NCBI GenBank assembly: GCA_032718475.1
Contig: JAUCBJ010000893.1
Location: 1 to 37,254, forward strand
Origin: Nemertoderma westbladi
Lineage: Eukaryota; Animalia; Xenacoelomorpha
Length of the DNA: 37,254 nucleotides
Reading direction: 5' to 3'
Below the pieces are notes generated by a model. It did not search any database. It was not told where the DNA came from and was given only the letters and a program-made list of their open reading frames with translations. The stretch's first letter is position 1, and each line of letters opens with the position of its first letter. This document shows, piece after piece, positions 32,301 through 37,254 of the stretch. Both the position numbers and the translations under genes were made by a program.

Positions 32301-32677
32301 AGCCAGGCGTTTAGATACTGCGTAGCGATATAGTTGCCGCTGTTGATAGCATCCTGTTCGAGACGGGAAAGGCATTTGCGAAACGCAATCTTTAATCTCC
32401 TGAGCGATTTATACTTTAGGTTGAGCTCTTGCCGAAATATTTTCGTTAAAAGTCCCTTATATAACGTTGGATAGAATTTAATAATTTGTTGCAGTCGTGC
32501 TGCCATAAATTGCGGCGGGAAACCAGCACGGCGGCAATCTTTAAAATAGTCGATTTGTATCACGGTACGGGTTTGTTTGATTTTTAAATTTAAACAATTC
32601 CTGACATCAGTAGAAGCCCTTCGGTTAATATCAAGCGAGTTAATGTAATGGAACGATGCCTTTCGTGGCGTAAGCAT
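29378..32677 (-). CDS. Penelope-like RT-GIY-YIG endonuclease polyprotein, copy 1
   Basis: KGDKTGNIILLD, KDHK, GRPIIS, VTIDVIDMFTAIPH, QIAGAPMG, LVDD, YLDL, Cys linker CNGPRCKCC..FNC, and NLIYFIKC..YLGQT..RLHERLRGH. First ATG at 32677 (the ORF track starts at an upstream TTG). Confidence 0.95.
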   Translation of the reverse strand: MLTPRKASFHYINSLDINRRASTDVRNCLNLKIKQTRTVIQIDYFKDCRRAGFPPQFMAARLQQIIKFYPTLYKGLLTKIFRQELNLKYKSLRRLKIAFRKCLSRLEQDAINSGNYIATQYLNAWLPLVGERELEVACQRLEYKFSFEMGREVMSRYLDTANGRVASNQRFRDLDPSHPQSTNPFPIMQAPVNNLSKILLNQDQRDLLGLGFTFIPYHGTAPSDVLEAKIDVASAATKIRTRFRKLVNPPMDEQSETPPQTSGQLHRATEVPVASNTSATPKVSTATQLSHTRSQPTTARKKLFPAANTDAYEPTPLVEVIQELNRANPQPAPRTRPRVDCSLHPDFPLQLDRRAGVLIPDTPSSRTRSRTAQDSVNYNLRGKSNSRLNAIPQSPPIAVKPPDPPHFSHPRWVASSVDSVSVENIISGLHRAVRRVNVDKLNEDVRPNITPAQQLALKQLRNNKNLAFLKGDKTGNIILLDKSAKEYEILRILGDKKTYEKLRKDPTARFRVECRSLLDSLAIGNQRLRHHLFPNTFTTGHIFITLKDHKPRDEWVTHPNGAIIPKGRPIISNTDAFFKPLSKMMHYYLHPLVTTADNYLKSSLDLKQTMPTTTNNSHFTLVTIDVIDMFTAIPHELGIEATMHALSEDPTLPERSIFTPTQLAAILRFLLYHNFFCYQNMYYLQIAGAPMGGHHSSDYSIISSYKVLKRALTISLRTPSFFRTLVDDSFAIYDERLTDQHFEFMKTAFNSACRNLYNSDAIQFTMEYSHASVDYLDLTIAANAYTLRTRLFRKPMANKLPIMYSSFHHKPTLRAVVKSEILRIRRLTDSNHLFTCYKHQYLELCENRGYPLDFLLSLHASNPTPLGPVPITQQPSLPTEGDGPSAPQNLNKTTSNGPKYTSIYLPTTPQFLPVLAPVIRKYNADLRSLGISVQTVPRNLPSLGKLLITKSEPTLPLGNHSCNGPRCKCCSAVLDQRRTPWGDPIHGRFNCKSFNLIYFIKCKLHPHLWYLGQTEQRLHERLRGHRSAINDAAGKGLGVDLSSPEVLLLQHFVICGIGALNITCSKRFTNHERRIHSEAVLINLHRPPLNTVVPRIGLY

Positions 32678-32745
32678 ACTCAAATTATAAATATTAATGA
32701 CGAGTAAGGGTCTTGAGCCACGGCTAATATAAAATATTATTAGTT

Positions 32746-32788
32746 TACCATATAGCTATTTCACGCTTCCCGCGCGTCTTCAGTGGTA
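32746..32788 (-). ncRNA. Minimal type I hammerhead ribozyme (pLTR copy 2)
   Basis: Same sequence as copy 1, +4099 bp. Confidence 0.88.
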
Positions 32789-33476
32789 TATTATTTTAAA
32801 CACAATATTAATATAATTTAACTAAAACAACCAATTCAAAACCTACAAAGATATATACAAAACCGATACCGTTATGGTACTGTATAGTAGTTATGACTAT
32901 TTTAATAAAGATATTAGCTGTGTAAAGTGGCAGACCGGTAGAAGAAGTTGAGCATGGTTTGAAATTATATCGGAAATTCATAATGCACCAAAACTAACTC
33001 AAATCAAAATTTAAAATAAAGGTATTAAAATGTTAAAAACTTTTAAAAAATTAATAGTAAATAAAAACTAAACCAATGGTGTACCCTATCCTGCTATTAA
33101 GTACTGTAGAATATCTATAAAAACAAATAAAGGCTGATAAAATAATAAAACAACCGTGATATAGTGTATACGAATGACATGTGTATAAAAACATATAAAA
33201 AAAACCTCAGAAATAAAAGCAGTAATAAAATCTTTAAAATTAATTAAATAAAACTAACAGAATGATTGAGTAATACTAACTACGCCATAGGGTAAATATC
33301 CAGAGGGGCCAGCTATTCAAAAAGCAAATAGCAGCTGTATGACTGGAGGTGAAATTATCATTAAGGCGGGCATGTGGGGCGAGCCACATAGTTAGCAAAA
33401 CAATAAGATATAAAATAAAACCAAACTGATTAATACAAAATCCTAAGTAGAATATACAAAACAAAGTTCACATGTT

Positions 33477-36400
33477 TTAGTACAGACCAATACGGGGAAC
33501 TACAGTGTTAAGTGGGGGGCGATGCAAGTTAATTAGAACCGCTTCAGAATGAATCCTACGCTCGTGGTTAGTAAACCTTTTAGAACATGTAATATTGAGC
33601 GCACCGATCCCACAAATAACAAAGTGTTGCAGTAGCAAGACTTCAGGACTCGATAAATCGACTCCTAGCCCCTTGCCAGCTGCGTCATTTATGGCACTAC
33701 GGTGACCTCGGAGGCGCTCATGTAAACGCTGTTCTGTCTGGCCGAGATACCACAAGTGTGGATGCAGTTTACATTTGATGAAATATATCAAATTAAATGA
33801 TTTGCAGTTAAATCTCCCATGGATGGGGTCACCCCATGGTGTCCGGCGCTGGTCTAGAACGGCCGAGCAGCATTTGCAACGAGGCCCATTGCAAGAGTGA
33901 TTACCAAGAGGCAGAGTTGGCTCGGACTTGGTGATCAACAGTTTACCTAACGATGGGAGGTTACGCGGGACCGTTTGGACACTAATACCTAGCGAACGCA
34001 AGTCAGCATTATATTTGCGGATAACGGGCGCTAGGACAGGCAGGAACTGTGGGGTCGTAGGGAGATATATAGAGGTGTATTTTGGCCCATTCGATGTAGT
34101 CTTATTCAAATTTTGGGGTGCTGATGGACCATCCCCCTCTGTTGGTAAAGACGGCTGCTGCGTGATCGGCACTGGACCAAGAGGTGTTGGGTTTGATGCA
34201 TGGAGGGAGAGGAGGAAATCCAGCGGATAGCCTCGATTCTCACACAACTCGAGGTACTGGTGTTTATAACATGTGAACAAATGGTTTGAGTCAGTTAAAC
34301 GGCGAATACGCAAAATTTCCGATTTCACCACTGCCCGTAACGTAGGTTTATGGTGGAAACTAGAGTACATAATAGGTAGTTTATTAGCCATTGGTTTTCT
34401 AAATAAACGAGTTCTAAGGGTGTAGGCATTAGCAGCTATCGTTAGATCGAGGTAGTCGACACTAGCATGGGAGTACTCCATTGTAAATTGGATGGCATCA
34501 CTATTATATAAATTCCTGCACGCTGAATTGAATGCGGTCTTCATGAACTCGAAATGCTGATCAGTTAGTCGCTCATCGTAAATTGCGAAACTATCATCCA
34601 CCAGAGTACGAAAGAATGAAGGAGTCCGTAGCGAAATAGTTAACGCCCTCTTGAGTACTTTGTACGAACTGATTATAGAATAATCACTACTGTGGTGACC
34701 GCCCATAGGTGCTCCTGCGATTTGCAGGTAGTACATATTCTGGTAACAGAAAAAGTTGTGGTATAAAAGAAACCGTAAAATTGCTGCGAGTTGAGTTGGT
34801 GTAAAAATAGAACGTTCAGGTAACGTAGGATCCTCAGAAAGTGCATGCATGGTAGCCTCAATACCCAATTCATGAGGGATGGCGGTAAACATGTCGATTA
34901 CATCAATAGTAACTAAAGTAAAATGGGAATTATTAGTTGTTGTAGGCATGGTTTGTTTGAGATCCAAAGAGCTTTTTAGATAGTTATCGGCAGTAGTAAC
35001 TAAAGGGTGTAGGTAGTAGTGCATCATTTTGGATAAGGGTTTAAAAAATGCGTCCGTATTAGATATAATAGGTCTACCTTTTGGGATTATGGCACCATTA
35101 GGGTGGGTTACCCATTCGTCACGTGGTTTATGGTCTTTAAGAGTTATAAAGATATGGCCGGTAGTGAAGGTATTAGGGAAGAGGTGATGGCGAAGCCGTT
35201 GGTTCCCAATAGCAAGGGAATCTAATAACGATCGGCATTCAACACGAAATCGTGCAGTAGGGTCTTTGCGTAGTTTCTCATATGTTTTCTTATCACCCAA
35301 AATTCGAAGGATCTCATATTCCTTAGCAGATTTATCCAATAAAATAATATTACCAGTTTTGTCACCTTTAAGGAATGCTAAATTCTTGTTATTTCGGAGC
35401 TGTTTGAGAGCCAACTGCTGTGCTGGGGTGATATTAGGGCGTACATCCTCATTAAGTTTATCTACATTGACCCTGCGCACTGCTCTGTGCAAGCCAGAAA
35501 TAATATTCTCAACAGAAACGCTGTCTACAGATGACGCTACCCAACGGGGATGGCTAAAGTGAGGGGGATCAGGAGGTTTAACAGCAATAGGGGGTGACTG
35601 CGGGATGGCGTTAAGTCTAGAATTACTCTTACCTCGCAGATTGTAGTTAACTGAATCCTGTGCTGTTCTCGAACGGGTGCGCGAAGAAGGTGTGTCAGGA
35701 ATGAGAACTCCAGCTCGGCGGTCAAGTTGCAAAGGAAAATCTGGGTGCAAACTGCAGTCTACCCGGGGTCGGGTCCGTGGAGCCGGCTGTGGATTCGCTC
35801 TGTTCAGCTCCTGTATTACCTCAACAAGGGGTGTTGGTTCATAAGCATCTGTATTCGCGGCTGGGAATAGTTTTTTGCGGGCCGTTGTTGGTTGCGAACG
35901 AGTATGAGATAGTTGCGTGGCAGTACTAACCTTGGGAGTAGCAGAAGTGTTTGATGCTACAGGGACTTCGGTGGCACGATGCAGTTGGCCAGATGTTTGA
36001 GGGGGCGTTTCTGATTGTTCATCCATAGGTGGATTAACCAATTTTCGAAATCTAGTTCTAATTTTCGTTGCTGCTGAGGCTACGTCAATCTTAGCCTCTA
36101 GAACATCAGAGGGCGCTGTACCATGGTATGGAATGAAGGTGAACCCCAATCCGAGCAAGTCTCTTTGGTCCTGGTTGAGGAGTATTTTAGAAAGGTTATT
36201 TACTGGTGCCTGCATAATGGGAAATGGATTCGTAGATTGAGGGTGGGAGGGGTCCAAATCACGGAATCGTTGGTTGGACGCAACTCGTCCATTTGCTGTA
36301 TCTAAATAGCGACTCATAACTTCCCGTCCCATCTCAAAAGAAAACTTGTATTCCAGACGTTGGCACGCAACCTCCAACTCACGCTCACCAACCAATGGTA

Positions 36401-36776
36401 GCCAGGCGTTTAGATACTGCGTAGCGATATAGTTGCCGCTGTTGATAGCATCCTGTTCGAGACGGGAAAGGCATTTGCGAAACGCAATCTTTAATCTCCT
36501 GAGCGATTTATACTTTAGGTTGAGCTCTTGCCGAAATATTTTCGTTAAAAGTCCCTTATATAACGTTGGATAGAATTTAATAATTTGTTGCAGTCGTGCT
36601 GCCATAAATTGCGGCGGGAAACCAGCACGGCGGCAATCTTTAAAATAGTCGATTTGTATCACGGTACGGGTTTGTTTGATTTTTAAATTTAAACAATTCC
36701 TGACATCAGTAGAAGCCCTTCGGTTAATATCAAGCGAGTTAATGTAATGGAACGATGCCTTTCGTGGCGTAAGCAT
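33477..36776 (-). CDS. Penelope-like RT-GIY-YIG endonuclease polyprotein, copy 2
   Basis: Translation identical to copy 1. Confidence 0.95.
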   Translation of the reverse strand: MLTPRKASFHYINSLDINRRASTDVRNCLNLKIKQTRTVIQIDYFKDCRRAGFPPQFMAARLQQIIKFYPTLYKGLLTKIFRQELNLKYKSLRRLKIAFRKCLSRLEQDAINSGNYIATQYLNAWLPLVGERELEVACQRLEYKFSFEMGREVMSRYLDTANGRVASNQRFRDLDPSHPQSTNPFPIMQAPVNNLSKILLNQDQRDLLGLGFTFIPYHGTAPSDVLEAKIDVASAATKIRTRFRKLVNPPMDEQSETPPQTSGQLHRATEVPVASNTSATPKVSTATQLSHTRSQPTTARKKLFPAANTDAYEPTPLVEVIQELNRANPQPAPRTRPRVDCSLHPDFPLQLDRRAGVLIPDTPSSRTRSRTAQDSVNYNLRGKSNSRLNAIPQSPPIAVKPPDPPHFSHPRWVASSVDSVSVENIISGLHRAVRRVNVDKLNEDVRPNITPAQQLALKQLRNNKNLAFLKGDKTGNIILLDKSAKEYEILRILGDKKTYEKLRKDPTARFRVECRSLLDSLAIGNQRLRHHLFPNTFTTGHIFITLKDHKPRDEWVTHPNGAIIPKGRPIISNTDAFFKPLSKMMHYYLHPLVTTADNYLKSSLDLKQTMPTTTNNSHFTLVTIDVIDMFTAIPHELGIEATMHALSEDPTLPERSIFTPTQLAAILRFLLYHNFFCYQNMYYLQIAGAPMGGHHSSDYSIISSYKVLKRALTISLRTPSFFRTLVDDSFAIYDERLTDQHFEFMKTAFNSACRNLYNSDAIQFTMEYSHASVDYLDLTIAANAYTLRTRLFRKPMANKLPIMYSSFHHKPTLRAVVKSEILRIRRLTDSNHLFTCYKHQYLELCENRGYPLDFLLSLHASNPTPLGPVPITQQPSLPTEGDGPSAPQNLNKTTSNGPKYTSIYLPTTPQFLPVLAPVIRKYNADLRSLGISVQTVPRNLPSLGKLLITKSEPTLPLGNHSCNGPRCKCCSAVLDQRRTPWGDPIHGRFNCKSFNLIYFIKCKLHPHLWYLGQTEQRLHERLRGHRSAINDAAGKGLGVDLSSPEVLLLQHFVICGIGALNITCSKRFTNHERRIHSEAVLINLHRPPLNTVVPRIGLY

Positions 36777-36844
36777 ACTCAAATTATAAATATTAATGAC
36801 GAGTAAGGGTCTTGAGCCACGGCTAATATAAAATATTATTAGTT

Positions 36845-36887
36845 TACCATATAGCTATTTCACGCTTCCCGCGCGTCTTCAGTGGTA
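36845..36887 (-). ncRNA. Minimal type I hammerhead ribozyme (pLTR copy 3)
   Basis: Same sequence as copy 1, +8198 bp. Confidence 0.88.
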
Positions 36888-37254
36888 TATTATTTTAAAC
36901 ACAATATTAATATAATTTAACTAAAACAACCAATTCAAAACCTACAAAGATATATACAAAACCGATACCGTTATGGTACTGTATAGTAGTTATGACTATT
37001 TTAATAAAGATATTAGCTGTGTAAAGTGGCAGACCGGTAGAAGAAGTTGAGCATGGTTTGAAATTATATCGGAAATTCATAATGCACCAAAACTAACTCA
37101 AATCAAAATTTAAAATAAAGGTATTAAAATGTTAAAAACTTTTAAAAAATTAATAGTAAATAAAAACTAAACCAATGGTGTACCCTATCCTGCTATTAAG
37201 TACTGTAGAATATCTATAAAAACAAATAAAGGCTGATAAAATAATAAAACAACC

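Larger units (their letters stand above)
28526..37254 (-). mobile_element. Penelope-like retroelement (Neptune-like, C-terminal GIY-YIG) head-to-tail tandem array with pLTRs, unit 4099 bp, runs off the window
   Basis: Two complete ORFs offset by 4099 bp with identical translations and three copies of the pLTR/UTR. The array ends at 28526, ~50 nt after the ATG of a further ORF start. Confidence 0.95.

Noticed and set aside
29176-32683. Naiad-type selenoprotein Penelope with SECIS
   Set aside because: The endonuclease is C-terminal, the ORF has no in-frame TGA, and no convincing SECIS core was found.

Overview
Repeat-rich eukaryotic genomic DNA, most likely an invertebrate animal; it is not prokaryotic. 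The one clear host gene is an intronless VPS54 (18686-21838), surrounded by nested mobile DNA. (1) A long decayed reading frame (~1-436, 2142-4298, 8748-~10030) carries a WRN/EXD-like DEDDy 3'-5' exonuclease domain and three CCHC zinc knuckles. It is interrupted by (2) a GC-rich Gypsy gag-pol fragment with a PBS and a clean -1 frameshift signal, and by (3) an apparently intact hAT-superfamily transposon with 15-bp TIRs, a 7-bp TSD (hATw-like) and a 1099-aa transposase. (4) An RTE-like LINE 3' fragment is followed by a cluster of Helentron/HINE-like repeats, including an inverted duplication. (5) Two nested MITEs (5-bp and 9-bp TSDs) lie upstream of VPS54. (6) An internally deleted BEL/Pao LTR element lies on the minus strand. 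(7) A tandem array (4099-bp unit) of an intact Neptune-like Penelope retroelement carries minimal hammerhead ribozymes and a telomerase-like LVDD active-site motif. All family assignments come from motif recognition by eye; no searches were run.
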